Origin: the human T2T-CHM13v2.0 reference genome, Homo sapiens
Assembly (NCBI RefSeq): GCF_009914755.1
Contig: NC_060936.1
DNA length: 64,000 nt
Direction: 5' to 3' (one strand)
In this document: in pieces, positions 13,907 to 27,474 of the stretch
Numbering within the stretch: the stretch's first letter is position 1
How the letters are laid out: every line of letters begins with the position of its first letter
The notes under the pieces: model-generated
Databases searched by the model: none
The model's input: only the letters and a program-made list of their open reading frames with translations
What the model was told of the DNA's origin: nothing
Position numbers and translations under genes: made by a program

Positions 13907-16222
13907 GGGAAGTGACATCAGCAAGATGGATGAATAGGTCTTTCCAGGACTCTTGCCCTTATAGAAATATCAGTGCACAACTATTCAACCACAAAAGTTA
14001 CCTTTGCAAGAGCTGTGGAAACCAGGTGAGAAATTACAGCTCCTGACTGTAGTACAAAAATAATTTTTAAAAGATGCCTGAAAGAGGGTAGGATGGACAG
14101 TTTTACATTGCTTGCATTTTACCTGTCCCAACCCCATGCAACACAGTATGGAGAGAAATATCCTCCACATAGAGAAAAGACTGTAACCTGAGCACTAGAG
14201 TTTGTCTTGGACCCCGACACTGAGCCTACTGTAGTAAAATCTAACACCAAGCAGGTCCTCACAGCTCCAGGCCAGTATCTGAGGACAAAACCTTCAGGTC
14301 TGCTCCACTGCCAGGCTGGCCCCCACAGTCTCAAGGCATTAGGTTCATCCCAGCACCTGTCTGACCCTTACAGCTCTAGACTTTATGCTAACAAACTGCA
14401 GACTTAGTTTCTAGACCTACCCCTTCACTAAGCTGGCCCCACAGGCTTAGGCTCCAGGTCCATCACAGGGCTAGGGTAGCTCCAGAAGCCTAGCCCTAGC
14501 AAGCACCTGCAAACTTAGGGTCAAGGCCCACTCTACTACCAGACCAACACCAGTGGTACTAGGCTCCCGACTGTCCTCAGCACTGAGTCAGATGCCTTCC
14601 TCAGCAATGAGTCTGAGGCCTTCCTCAGGGCCAAGCCAGTCTCCACAGTGTTAGTTACCAGGCTGGCATCCATGGACCCAGACTATTTGCTAGCTCCTTG
14701 GCCCCAGGTAGCAAGCCAGTATTTGAAATTCCAAAGCCTAGAACTTCACCTGGACCCAGCCTCTATACCTACCCTAGCACAGGGCCAGCCTCTCAGCCCC
14801 AGACTCCAGATTAGGACCCATAGCTTCCAGGTCCTCCCCAATATCAGGTCAGCACCCACAGACTTCAGTTTCAAGCTAGGACCTGCTGAACCAGGACCCA
14901 GTCCACTTCAGTGCCAGGCTAACTTCTGTGTTTTCAGGCACCACACCAGCACCCTCAACCTCAAAATACAGGTTAAGCCCCAACCCATACACTAGAGCAA
15001 CCCAACACCAGGCTGATTCACATATACCCAGCCTCCAGGCCAACCCTAGTGCTGGGTTGACACCTATGGAGAGCAAACTCTATGCTGGCCACTCTGGTTT
15101 ATGGCATCAAGGTGGTACTGACAAATCTAACCTCTAGGGCAACCCCCGTGGACACAGGCTTCAGGCTCACTCAGTATTAGGTTCACTCTTGCAGCCTCAT
15201 GGTGGTTGACCCATGAAGGGTCAACCTGTAACTTCTGTGCTAGGTTGATCCATGAAGACCCAAGGGCTAGGATTGCTTCAGAAGACTCAGGGTCCAAGCT
15301 CATCCCTGTAAGCCCCAGTGCTGGGCTGGTCCCCACAGAGCCAAGTTCAAAGAACACCCTAGTAGACACAGCTTTTGGGCTTGTACTGTGTGACCCAAGA
15401 ACCCAGGCCAACCTCCACAGACACAGACTCTAGGCCCACCAAAGCCAAGCCAGCCACCAGGATCCCAGGCTACTGGCCATCCCTCACAAACCTAGCCTCC
15501 AAACCAGGACCTGTGCCCTCAGTATTTAGGGCAGTGCCATAAATCCAAGCTCCAGGGAAGCCCCTGTTGGTCAAGGCACTAGGTCAGCACTTGTGTCTCC
15601 ACGCTCTGGGCTCATCCCCATGGCATCAGGTTTAGATTCAAGGTCCAGGAGAAGATGGCACCAGGCCAGTCCCCATGGACATAAGCTCCAGGGCTTCCCC
15701 AACAGAAGACTTACCCCTGTGGACTCAGGCTCAAGGGCTGTTTTTACACACCAAGCCTGAAGGCCCATCTTATAACCAGTCCAGTGATTACAGACTCAGG
15801 TTCAAGGTTCACCCCAGATCCATATTGTCCCTCATGCACCCAGGCTTCTGGTTGACCTCTGTGGACCCAAAACCCAGGCCTGCCCTAGCAGAGTCAATTT
15901 CATGCCTACTGCAGTAAACCCAGATTCTAGGCCCAGCCCTACAGAAACAAATGCCAACTCTATCCTCCTGCTTACTCCAGGAGAGTGGCCTTAGGACTGT
16001 AATGGTAATCCCACATACAGACCACACTTCACAAACTTCTGAGAATCTCAGGACAGACTGATTGTCAAAGGGCTATCTGAAATTACCCTGTCAGAGGAAC
16101 CAAAAGGAAAAAAGAGTGAAGAAAGCCTATAGTAACTATGGTACACCATCAAGTAAATCAATATACATAATAAATATCTCAGAAGAAGAAGAGAAAAAGA
16201 AAGAAAAAGAAAGCTTGCTTTA
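13907..16222 (+). mobile_element. Old L1 (L1M2/L1M3-type) 5'UTR and ORF1 fragment
   Basis: Starts gggaagtgacatcagcaagatgg (L1 YY1-like AAGATGG). An ORF1-like piece follows at ~16070-16220 (gaaattaccctgtcagaggaac...agtgaagaaagccta...tggtacaccatcaag). Confidence 0.75.
14250..15970 (+). repeat. Degenerate GC-rich tandem array, ~26-27 bp unit (approx. GACCCAGGCTCCAGGCCYRCCCCWGTG)
   Basis: Recurrent units such as cacccaggcttctggttgacctctgtg | gacccaaaacccaggcctgccctagca ... aacccagattctaggcccagccctaca. Confidence 0.75.
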
Positions 16223-18834
16223 GGGAGGGGTCAAGATGGCCACGTATAAACAGCTCTGGTCTGCAGTTTCCACTGAGACAAATGCAAATGGTGAGTGATT
16301 TCTGCATCTCCAACTGAGGTACGCAGATTTTCTCATTGGGACTTACTGGGCAATTGGCGTGACCTACGGATATCACGGTCAATCAGGTTGGGGAGATGGT
16401 CCACCCAGGAGCTGTGTGGGGCAAAGGGACCTCCCTCCCCCAGTCAAGGGAAATGGTGAAGTACTGTGCTACCCACCCAGAGTTCTACACTTTTCCCACA
16501 AATTTTTGCAATCTGTGGATCAGAAGATTCCCTCATGTGCCTACACCACCAGGGCCTTGGGTCTCAAGCACAAAACTGGGCAGACCCAAGGCAGCTGCAC
16601 CAACTGGCAGCTATTAGGGTAGGTACTGAGCTGCAGGAGATTTACATACTCCTGCAGCTCCCAGAACTACAGGGTGGCAGGAGAGCCATCCACTCCGAAG
16701 CCAGGGAGCCAACTAGCTCAGTGGGTCTCACCCCCATTGAAATATGCAAGCTAAGACCCACTGGCCTGGAATCCCCACTGGCCACCACAACAGCCTGGAG
16801 TCTGCCTAAGATGACTGAGTAGCCAAGGAGAAGGACAACCATCACGATTGCAGCTCTAGTTGGCAGTTTCCATTGCCAGTGCTAGGGAGACTGGGCAGTT
16901 TGGGCTGGGTGGTATTCCCCACAGTGCAGCACAGTGGCTGTGGCAGATTATGGCCAGACTTCTTCTTTGGCAGAACCTGGATTTATCCCTCATCACCAAA
17001 TAGGGCCTCCATGCAGGAATTCCAGCAACTCTAGCCAGGGGCTTTCAGACAGAACTTTCACCGCCCTGGGACAGAGTACCTGGGGGGAGGGGTGACTACA
17101 GTCTCAGGTTCAGCAGACTTAATCTTTCCTCATGCTGGCTCAGAAAAGTCCAGACAGTCTGGACCAGGAGAATTTCCCCCAGCACAGTGCACCAGCTCTT
17201 CCCCCTGATCTCGTGTCTCCTGATCTCCCATCAGGGGTAGCCAGACAATGCATACAGGGGAGTTCCAGCTGGCATCAGGTTGGTGCCCCTCTGGGATGAA
17301 GCTTCTGGAGGAAAAAGCAGGCAGCAATCTTTGCTGTTCTGCAGCCTCTACTGGTGATACCTGGGTGAACAAGGACTGGAGTGGACCCCCAGAAAACTGC
17401 AGCAGACCTGCAAGAAAAGGGCCTGACCATTAGAGGAGAAAGAAACAAAGAGAAAGCAATGACAACAACAGCAACAACAACAACAAACCCCAAAAATTCC
17501 CATCTAAAGGTCAATAGCCTCAAAGAGCAAAGGTAGATAAATCCATGAAGATGAGGAAAAATCAATGCAAAAATGCTGAAAATTCCAAAAACCAGAATAC
17601 TGCTTCTCCTCCAAATGATTGCAACACCTCTCCATCAAGGGCACAGAACTGGGCTGAAACTGAGATGGATGAACTGACAGACGTAGGCTTCAGAAAGTGG
17701 GTGATAACGAACTTCACTGAGTTAAAGGATTATGTTCTAACTGAATGCAAAGAAGCTAAGAACCATGACTAAACATTACAGGAGACGTTAACTAGAATAA
17801 CAAGTTTGCAGAGAAACATAAATGACCTGAAAGTGCTAAATGCCATAGCACAAAGACTTCATGATGCAAACACAAGTAAAAATAGCCAAATCCATCAAGC
17901 AGAATAAAGAATATCAGAGCTTGAAGACTACCTTGGTGAAATAAGGCATGCAGACAAGGTTAGAGAAAAAATAATGAAAAGGAATGAAAAAAGAAAATTC
18001 AAAGAACTATGTAAAAGCACCAAACCTATGACTGATTAGAATAGCTGAAAGACATGGAGAGAATGGAACCAAGGTGGAAAACACACTTCAGGATATCAAT
18101 AAGGAAAGGTTCCCAAACTTAGCAAGACAGACCAACATTCAATTTCAGGAAATCCAGAGAACCCCAATAATATACTCTGCAAGAAGATCAACCCCAGACA
18201 CAAAATCATCAGATTCTCAGAGGTCAGAATGAAGGAAAAAATGTAAAGGGCAGCCAGAGAGCAAGGCAAGGTTGCCTGCAACAGGAAACTCATCAGACTA
18301 AGAGTGTACCTCTCAGCAGAAACCCTAATAGCCAGGTAAAATTGAAGGCCAATATTCAACATTCTTAAAGAGAAGAATTTCCAACTCAGAATTTCATATC
18401 CAGTCAAACTAAGCTTTATAAGCAGAGGAGAAAAAAATCTTTTTCAGACAACCAAATGCTGAGGGATTTTGTCATCACCGGGCCTGCCTTGCAAGAGCTC
18501 CTGAAGGAAGCACTAAACATGGAAAGGAAAAAACCTTTACCAGCCACTACAAAAAGACACTGAAGTACATAGACCAATCACTATGAAGCAACTACATTGA
18601 CAAGTCTGCAAAATTAGCCAACCAGAATTGTGATGACAATATCAAATTCACACATAACAATATTAACCTTAAATGTAAATGGGCTAAATGCCCAATGAAA
18701 AGACACAGAATGGCAAGCTGGATAAAAGGACAAGACCCATTGGTGTGCTGTACTCAAGAGACACATCTCACATGCAAACACATATAGGCTCAAAATAAGT
18801 GGAATGGAGGAAAATTTACCAAGCATGGAAAACA
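16223..18834 (+). mobile_element. L1PA8-13-like element: complete 5'UTR, ORF1 (17551-~18572, disrupted) and first ~200 bp of ORF2; 3' part absent
   Basis: Begins gggaggggtcaagatggcc. ORF1 translates MRKNQCKNAENSKNQN... ORF2 ATG at 18633 (atgacaatatcaaattcacacataac). Confidence 0.9.
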
Positions 18835-19539
18835 TGGAGGGGGAAGGGCATCTGCCATTACTGAGGCTTGAGTAGGCAGTTTTCCCTTCACAGTGTAAAC
18901 AAAGCCTCCAGGAAGTTAGAACTGGGCAGAGCCTACCTCAGCCCTGCAAAGCCATACTGCTTGTCTAGATTCCTCCTCTCTGGGCAGGGCATCTCTGAAA
19001 GAAAGGCAGCAGCCCTAGTCAGAGGCTTACAGATAAAACTCCCATCTCCCTGGGACAGTGCACCTGGAGGAAGGGGCAGCTGTGGTCTCAGCTTCAGCAG
19101 ACAAACGTTCCTGCATGCTGGCTCTGAAGAGAGCAGTGGATCTCTCACCACAGCACTCAAGTTCTGCTAAGGGGCAGATTGCCTTCTCAAGTCAGTCCCT
19201 GAACCCTATGCCTCCTGACTGAGAGAAACCTCCCATCAGGGGTCAACAGACACCTCATACCGGAGAGCTCTGGCTGGCATCTGGCAGCTGCCCCTCTGGA
19301 ACGGAGCTTCCATAGGAAGAAACAGGCAGCAATCTTTGCTGTCCTGCAGCCTCTGCAGGTGACACTCAGGCAAACAGGGTCTGAAGTGGACCTCCAGCAA
19401 ACTCCAGCAGACCTGCAGCAGAGGGGCCTGACAGAAGGAAACTAACAAACAGAAAGGAATAGCATCAACATCAACAAAAAGGAAGTCCACAAAGAAATCT
19501 CATCCAAACATCACCAACATCAACGATAAATCCACGAAG

Positions 19540-20560
19540 ATGAGGAAAACCAATGCAAAGAAGCTACAAATTCCAAAAACCAGAATGCCTCTTCTCCATC
19601 AAAGAATCACAGCTCCTCACCAGCAAGGGAACAAAACTGGATGGAGAATAATTTCGACAAATTGACAGAAGTAGGCTTCAGAAGGTGGGTAATACCAAAC
19701 TCCTCCGAGCTAAAAGAGCATGTTCTAACCCAATGCAAGGAAGCTAAGAAATTTGAAAAAAGATTAGAGGAATTGCTAACTAGAATAAACAGTTTAGAGA
19801 AGAATATAAATCACCTGTTGGAGCTGAAAAACACAGCACGAGAACTTTGTGAAGCATACACAAGTATCAATAGCCAAATGGATCAAGTAGAAGAAAGGAT
19901 ATCAGAGATTGAAGATCAACTTAATGAAATAAAGCATGAAGACAAGATTAGAGAAAAAAGAATGAAAAGAAACAAAGCCTCCAAGAAATATGGGACTATG
20001 TGAAAAGACCAAACCTACATTCGATTGGTGTAACAGAGAATGATGGGGAGAATGGAAACGAGTTGGAAAACACTCTTCAGGATATTATCCAGGAGAACTT
20101 CCCCAACCTAGCAAGACAGGCCAACATTCAAATTCAGGAAATACAGAGAACACCACAAAGATACTCCTTGAGAAGGACAACCCCAAGACACATAATCGTC
20201 AGATTCACCAAGGTTGAAATAAAGGAAAAAATGTTAAGTGCAGCCAGAGAGAAAGGTTGGGTTACCCACAAAGGGAAGCCGATCAAACTAACAGTGGATC
20301 TCTCTGCAAAACCCTACAAGCAAGAAGCCAGTGGAGGCCAATATTCAACATTCTTAAGGAACAGAATTTTCATCCCAGAATTTTATATTCAGCCAAACTA
20401 AGCTACATAAGTGAAGGAGAAATAAAATCCTCTACAGACAAGCAAATGCTGAGAGATTTTTGTCACCACCAGGCCTGCCTTACAAGAGCTCCTGCAGGAA
20501 GCACTAAAGATGGAAAGAAAAAACCAGTAACAGCCACACTAAAAAAATACCAAATTGTGA
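19540..20560 (+). pseudogene. L1 ORF1p remnant (frameshifted)
   Basis: ORF-track pieces KEHVLTQCKEAK..., KRPNLHSIGV..ENTLQDIIQENFPNLARQANIQIQEIQRTP, WRPIFNILKE. Confidence 0.9.
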
Positions 20561-20623
20561 AGACCATCAACACTATGAAGAAATTGCATCAACTAACTGG
20601 CAAAACAACCAGCTGGCATCATA

Positions 20624-22946
20624 ATGACAGGATCAAATTCACACATAACAATATTAACCTTAAATGTAAACTGGCTAAATGCACCAATTAAAAAACACAG
20701 ACTGCCAAATTGGATAGAGTCAAGACCCATCAGTGTGCTGTATTCAGGAGACACATCTTATGTGGAAAGATATACATAGGCTCAAAATAAAGGCATGGAG
20801 AAATATTTACCAAGCAAATAGAAAGCCAAAGAAAGCGGGAGTTGCAACCCTAGTCTTTGACACAACAGACTTTAAACCAACAAAGATCAAAAAAGACAAA
20901 GAACGGCATTACATAATGGTAAAGGGATAAATGCAACAAGAAGAGCTAACTATCCTAAATATATACACACCCAATGCAGGAGCACCCAGATTTATAAAGC
21001 AAGTTCTTAGAGACCCACAAAGAGACTTACACTTCCACAAAATAATATGGGAGACTTTAACACCACACTGTGAAAATTAGATCAATGAGACAGAAAATTA
21101 ACAAGTACATACAGGATGTGAACTCAGGTCTGGACCAAGCAGACCTAATAGACATCTACAGAACACTCCACCCCAAATCAACAGAATTTACATTCTTCTC
21201 AGCACCACTTCACACTCATTCTAAAATTGACCACATAATTGGAAGTAAAACACTCCTCAGGAAATGGAAAAGAATGGAAATCAAAACAGTCTTTCACACC
21301 ACAGTGCAATCAAATTAGAACTCAGGATTAAGAAACTCACTCAAAACTGCACAACTACATGGAAACTGAACAACCTGCTCCTGAATGACTACTGGGTAAA
21401 TAATGAAATCAAGGCAGAAACAAATAAATTCCTTGAAACCGAGGAGAACAAAGACACAATGTAACAGAATCTCTGGGACTCAGTTAAAGCAGTGTTTAGA
21501 GGAAAATGTATAGCACTAAATGCCCACAGGAGAAAGCAGGAAAGTTCTAAAATTGACCCCCTAACATCACAATTAAAAGAACTAGAGAAGGAAGAGTGAA
21601 CAAATTCAAAAGCTAGCAGAAGACAAGACATAACTAAGACCAGAGCATAACTGAAGGAGTAGAGACATGAAAAACCCTTCAAAAAATTAATCCAGGAGCT
21701 GATTTTTGAAAAAGATCAACAAAATAGACCACTACCCAAAATAATAAAGAAGAAAAGAGAGAAGAATCAAATAGACACAATAAAAATAATAAAGGGGATA
21801 TCACCACTGATCCCATAGAAATACAAACTGCCATCAGAGAATACTATAAACAACTCTACACAAATATGCTACAAAATCTAGAAGAAATGAATAGATTCCT
21901 GGACATATACACCCTCCCAAGACTAAAGCAGAAAAAAGTCAAATTCCTGAATAGACCAATAACAAGTTCTGAAATTGAGGCAGTAATCAATCAATAGCCT
22001 ACCAACCAAAAAAAGTCCAGGATCAGACAGATTCACAGCTGAATTCTACCAGAGGTTCAAAGGGGAGCTGGTACAATTCCTTCTGAAACTATTCCAAACA
22101 GTAGAAAAAGATGGACTCCTTCCTAACTCATTTTATGAGGGCAGCATCATCCTGATACCAAAACCTGGCAGAGACAACAACAAAAAAGATTTCAGGCCAA
22201 TATCCCTGATGAGTATCAATGTGAAAATTCTCAATAAAATACTGGCAAACAAACCACCAACACATCAAAAAGCTTATCCACCAATGTAAAATTAAACAAA
22301 TTTACAAGAAAAAAACAAACAACTTTATCAAAAAGTGGGTGAAGGATATGAACAGACACTTGTCAAAAGAAGACATTTATGCAGCCAACAATCAGATGAA
22401 AAAGCTCATCATCACTGGTCATTAGAGAAATACAAATCAAAGTCACAATGAGATACCATCTCACGCCAGTTAGAATGGTGATCATTAAAAAGTCAGGAAA
22501 CAATAGGTGCTGAAGAGGATGTGGAGAAATAGGAACACTTCTACACAATTGGTGGGGGTGTAAATTAGTTCAATCATTGTGGAAGACAGTGTGGCGATTC
22601 CTCAAGGATCTAGAACCAGAAATACCATTTGACCCAGCAATCCCATTACTGGATGTATACCCAAAGAATTATAAATCATTCTACTATAAAGACACATGCA
22701 CATGTATGTTTATCACAGCACTATTCAAATAGCATAGACTTCGAACCAACCCAAATCCCATTAATGATAGACTGGATGAAGAAAATCTGGCACATATACT
22801 CCATGAAATACTATGCTGCCACAAAAAAGGATGAGTTCATGTCCTTTGCTGGGACAGGGATGAAGCTGAAAACCATCATTCTCAGCAAACTAACACAAGA
22901 ACAGAAAAGCAAACACTGCATGTTCTCACTCATAAGTGGGAGTTGA
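20624..22946 (+). pseudogene. L1 ORF2p remnant (endonuclease and C-terminus; RT core deleted)
   Basis: CCIQETHL and HSKIDHIIG endonuclease motifs. C-terminus ...MFSLISGS*. Junction at ~22283-22292. Confidence 0.88.
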
Positions 22947-23259
22947 ACAGTGAGAACACATGGACACATGGAGGGGAACATCACACACCGGGGCCTGTAG
23001 GGGTGTTGGGGAGATAGGGTAGGGATAGCATTGGGAGAAATACCTAATGTAGATGATGGGTTGATGGGTGCAGCAAGCCACTATAGCATGTGTATGCCTA
23101 TGTAACAAACCTTCATGTTCTGCACATGCATCCCAGGACTTAAAGTAAAATACAAAAAAAGAAAAAGAAAAAGAAAAAGGAAGAAAGTGAAAAAGACAGC
23201 CAATGGACTGGGAAATTAAATAACCTACTTCTTAACAGTACATATATATAAATCATACA

Positions 23260-24150
23260 TGTAAACCAAAATGTATCTGAGACAAGTCTCAATCAATGTA
23301 GAAGTTTATTTTGCCAAGGTTAAGGACATGCCCATGACAGCCTTAGGAGGTTCTACCAACCTGTGCCAAAGGTGATAGGGCACATGGTTTGGTTTTATAC
23401 ATTTTAGGGAGACATAAGACATAAATTAATGCATGTAAGATGTACATTGGTTCAGTCTAGACCATCAGGACAACACGAAGTGGGGGCTTCCAAGACATAG
23501 GTGGATTCAAAAATTTTCCAGTTGGCAATTGGTTGAAAAAGTTAATTTAAAGACCTGGAATCCATAGAAGAGAGGGTCTTGGTTAAGATAATGGTTGTGG
23601 AGACCAATGTTCTTATGCAGATGAAGGCTCCAGGTAGCAGACTTCAGAGATAATAGATTGTAAATATTTCTTATCAGACTTAAAAAAGGTGCCAGACTCT
23701 TTGTTTTATTCCAGGAGAGTTAATTGTCTCCTGGATCAGGGGACAGACCTTAAAAGGAAAAGCAATTCTCTACAGAATGTAGATTTTTCCCCAAAAGAGA
23801 CAGCTTTGCAGGGCCTTTTTAAAATAAATAAATATATTTCAGGGTAAAATATTTTTATTTCCCTCAGAATCTGCTATTGATCATGTGATGCCATACTAAG
23901 GTCAGGCTGAAACTTGCTTTCTTAAGGCATTTTTCCTACAAAAATGTCTTTAAAATATCTGTTTTAATGTTAATGCTGGTCAGCTGTGCCTGAGTTCCAA
24001 AGGAAGGAGGGCATAAAGGTGCATGTTTGACTTCCTCTTCCTATCATGACCTGAACTAGTTTTTCAGGTTAACTTTGGAATGCACTTTGCAGAAAGAATG
24101 TGTCCATTCAGATGGTTGGGGGAGCTTGTGATTTTATTTTTTAGTTTACA
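23260..24150 (-). mobile_element. MER4D-like solo LTR (ERV1)
   Basis: Inverted termini tgtaaacc...gtttaca. Minus strand reads TGTAAACTAAAAAATAAAATC...CCCCAACCATCTGAATGGAC...CATTCCAAAGTTAACCTGAAAAACTAGTTCAGG. Flanks ataca/attca. Confidence 0.85.
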
Positions 24151-25022
24151 ATTCATTTGATAAAGGTCTAATATCCAGAACATATGAAGAATAATTATAA
24201 GTCAACAACATAGGATCAACATCCCAATTAGAAAATAGCCATAATACTTAATGGACATTTCCCCAAAGAAGGTATACAGATGGGCTAAAGACAATAAAGA
24301 GATTCTCAACATTATTACTCATTAGGGAAATGCAAATCAAAACTAATGAGACAATATTTTATATCCACTAGCATTGCAATAACAATAATACTACTGAAAA
24401 TAACTCATGTTGGTAAGGATGTGGAGAATTTGGAAGCCTCGTGATTTCCTGGTCAGAATATAGAATGGTTTAGCCTCTATGAAAAAAAGCCTGGTAGTTG
24501 CTCTAATAGTTAAACATAAAATAAACCTATGACCCAAAACTGCCACTCCTAGGCCTATACCCCACATAATTAAAAAGAGGTACTCAAATACATACATCTT
24601 CACACATGTCACATAAGTACTTTTACAATAGCTGAAAGGTGGAAACAACTTAAGTGTCTTTCAACAATGAATGACTAACCAGGTGTGGCATATACATAGA
24701 ATAGAGTATTATTCAGCTTTAACAATAATGAAGTATTGACACCTATTTTAATGTGACTGAAACTAAAACCTTATGCTAGGTGAAAGAAGCCTGATACGAA
24801 GTTCATATAGAGACAGAAAGCTGACTGATGGTTGTCAGGCCCTGGAGAAAGAGAGGAATATGGAATAAGTGCTTAATATGTATGGGATTTTCTGGGGGGT
24901 ATGAAGAAAATGTTTTGGAACTAGATAGAGATAATCGTTGTACAACATCATGATTTTACTAAATGCCACTTATTCATTTACTTGGAAATTGTTAATTTTA
25001 TGTAAATTTCACCTCAATTATG
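24151..25022 (+). mobile_element. Old L1 (L1MB-like) ORF2 end and 3'UTR
   Basis: tgataaaggtctaatatccagaa, cattagggaaatgcaaatcaaaac, gaaaatgttttggaactagatagag...tttcacctcaat. Confidence 0.82.
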
Positions 25023-25317
25023 AAAAATGAAATGGAATTTTAGAAATGATCCGTATGTAACTCAGGAAATATGGCAAATCAGTTTTGCTGAGTCAAAAGG
25101 TTAAAGCACTAATAATGAGAAGAGGCTAGATCAGCCAAATAAAGAAAATAAATCCTTAAGGACAAGGGCACAGCTGTTTGAAACCACCTAGCATTAGATG
25201 TTAAGGGGGTCTAGATGTCCTCTCACAAAGATGGAAAAATCCCAAACTTTTGTTACTGCATTGTTTAACATTTAAAGGGAAGATGTTAAGCATTGTAGTA
25301 GTGATGGTTCTATGAAT

Positions 25318-25480
25318 GTATTTTGGATTGAATTTTGTCTCCCCAAAATTTATACGTTGAAGTCCTATCTTCCGGTATCTCAAAATTTGACTGTATTTGG
25401 CAATTGGGTCTTCACAAAGAAAACTAACATTAAATGAGGTAATATGGATGGGCCCTACTCCAACATGACTGGTGTCATTC
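25318..25480 (+). mobile_element. MLT1 (MaLR) LTR 5' fragment
   Basis: ttgaattttgtctccccaaaatttatacgttgaagtccta...gactgtatttgg...taaatgaggt...gggccct...atgactggtgtc. Confidence 0.75.
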
Positions 25481-26769
25481 ATGTTTAGGATAGTCTATGG
25501 CTGCATTATTTGCAATGCATTGATTTGTATATGGCTTATAGGAATATTCTGGGAGCATAAGACAATATAGTATTTCTAATTATATCTATGTTATAAGCAA
25601 TGTAACTTCATACTACATAGTTTAATGTATTCTATATAATCAACCTAATATACGGCATTGGAACATCTGCATGCACAGATAATTGTTTATGGGATATTTA
25701 TGGCTTCTGTACGTGTACTCACCTCACTCAGATAAAACAGGCAAGAAGTAAAAATCATCCAATTTATCTCTTTCATATTAGAAAGCATAGTGTAGAAAAT
25801 TTCTTTAGTGAGGTTAGAGGCACATAATTTTTAGAGAAGGGCTTATTTACTAGTATTATTTTACTTCAAGAGGAACAAGTAGAGGGAATTTACATGTGAC
25901 AATTGAGATTACATGCAATTACCAAAACTTTTTAAAAACTATTTGATATTCAACTGATTTCATGATTTACTTCTTTCTATTTTTAATAAATACTACATCA
26001 ATAATTGTTTCTGATAGATATCTACAATGCAAAGTTATAAAAAAGCTAATTCCACTTTTAATGTAGAAATTTATTTAAATTAATTTAAAGAAATAGTGTT
26101 TCGTTGGAGGCTAATTTCACTAATGGATAAACGTATTAAATTCAAGAAGGTAACTGAAATTTTAAGGAAGAAAGATTATTTTATGGTCAAAGTCATTTGC
26201 AGTTGTCTCTGTGAAGAATGAGTGTGATTAAACCCCATAACACATAGTGATTTCTAAATCTCAAAGAAGCTAGAACAAAAAGTGTTCTCCCATGTTTTAC
26301 AGAATTTCTCAAACAAGTTATTCACTCTAATGGGTGGTCATTCTGTTAATATGGAAGGCAAACACAGCATTCTAATCTACTTTATTTCTGTGTATACATG
26401 GTAGGCCTTGCTAAGAACTTAGCCTGACATTAAAACAATGAAAGCCTTTGGAAATTGTGAGCCATATTTGCTGCTGAGCAAAATTTAAACTTCCAAGGTT
26501 TTTAAATAAAATTCCTTTCAATTAACAATGCTTAATAATGTATTGCAGTTGGATAAAAATTGTAACAAGGCAAGCCATAAAGATAGTTATGCTAATCTTT
26601 AACAATATTTCTTAGCATCAGTATAAGTAAATTTGTAGCTATGGGAGATATAAATACAATGTTTGAACCATTAGAAGAACTTTCTGAATGTCATCTCAAT
26701 GAGAGATAACTACTGATGTACACATAAATATACTGAAGTTGTTGGTTTCAAGGAGAGAAAAGGAAATGG

Positions 26770-27083
26770 TTTTATTATTTATTATTGTATTATTGTTTAG
26801 AGACAAGGTCTCCCTCTTTTACCCAACTTGGAGTGCAGTGGTGCAATCAGAGCTCACTTCAGCCTTGACCTCCTGAGCTCCAGTGATCTCCCTGCCTTAG
26901 CCTTGTGGGTGGCTGGGACTACAAGTATGACACTATATCCAGCTAACTTTTGTTCACTGTTTTGTAGAGATGGGGGTCTTACTGTGTTGCTCAGGCTTTT
27001 CTTGAACTCCTGGCTTCAAGTCATCTTCCTGCTTATCCCTCCCAAACTATTGGGATTACAGGGATGAGCCACCATGCCCAGCC
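26770..27083 (-). mobile_element. AluJ
   Basis: Diverged antisense Alu with J-type features (gagacaaggtctc, gctcacttcagccttgacctcctg, tgtagagatgggggtct). Confidence 0.9.
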
Positions 27084-27474
27084 CCAAACAGCTTTTATTT
27101 GATGTATGAGGGTTTAAAATGATTAGAAATAGAAAATACTTGGTAAAGTGCCAAATTTTGTAATAAAAGTAAACTAAATTAAAGCTCAATCAAAGAAAGT
27201 CATGCATAGAGAAAAATACATGATAGCAAAATTTGGACAACTATGATTATGCAGCCAAATCTTGATTGGGTCTCCAAGAATATAATGTTAAAACAACAAA
27301 AACGGCAATAACATCAACAAATTAGCAAGCAAAAATACTGATCTGCTGTAGATGTAATTTAAGCATAAGAAAATAAAATTCTAATACATTATTCTGTAAA
27401 TCACTGTGGAACTTAATTTTTAGTTTCAAGAAAAAGGCTTAAAATCTAATTTGACACACCATCATACTATATTG

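Larger units (their letters stand above)
18835..23190 (+). mobile_element. L1PA7-like element, 5'UTR-truncated, with internal ORF2 deletion
   Basis: Partial 5'UTR, ORF1 at 19540-20560, ORF2 from 20624, 3'UTR with G-rich tract, and an A-rich tail at ~23147-23190. Confidence 0.92.

Noticed and set aside
14119-16027. Dense cluster of 60-115 aa ORFs on both strands
   Set aside because: A by-product of the GC-rich, stop-poor degenerate array in an L1 5'UTR. No recognisable protein.
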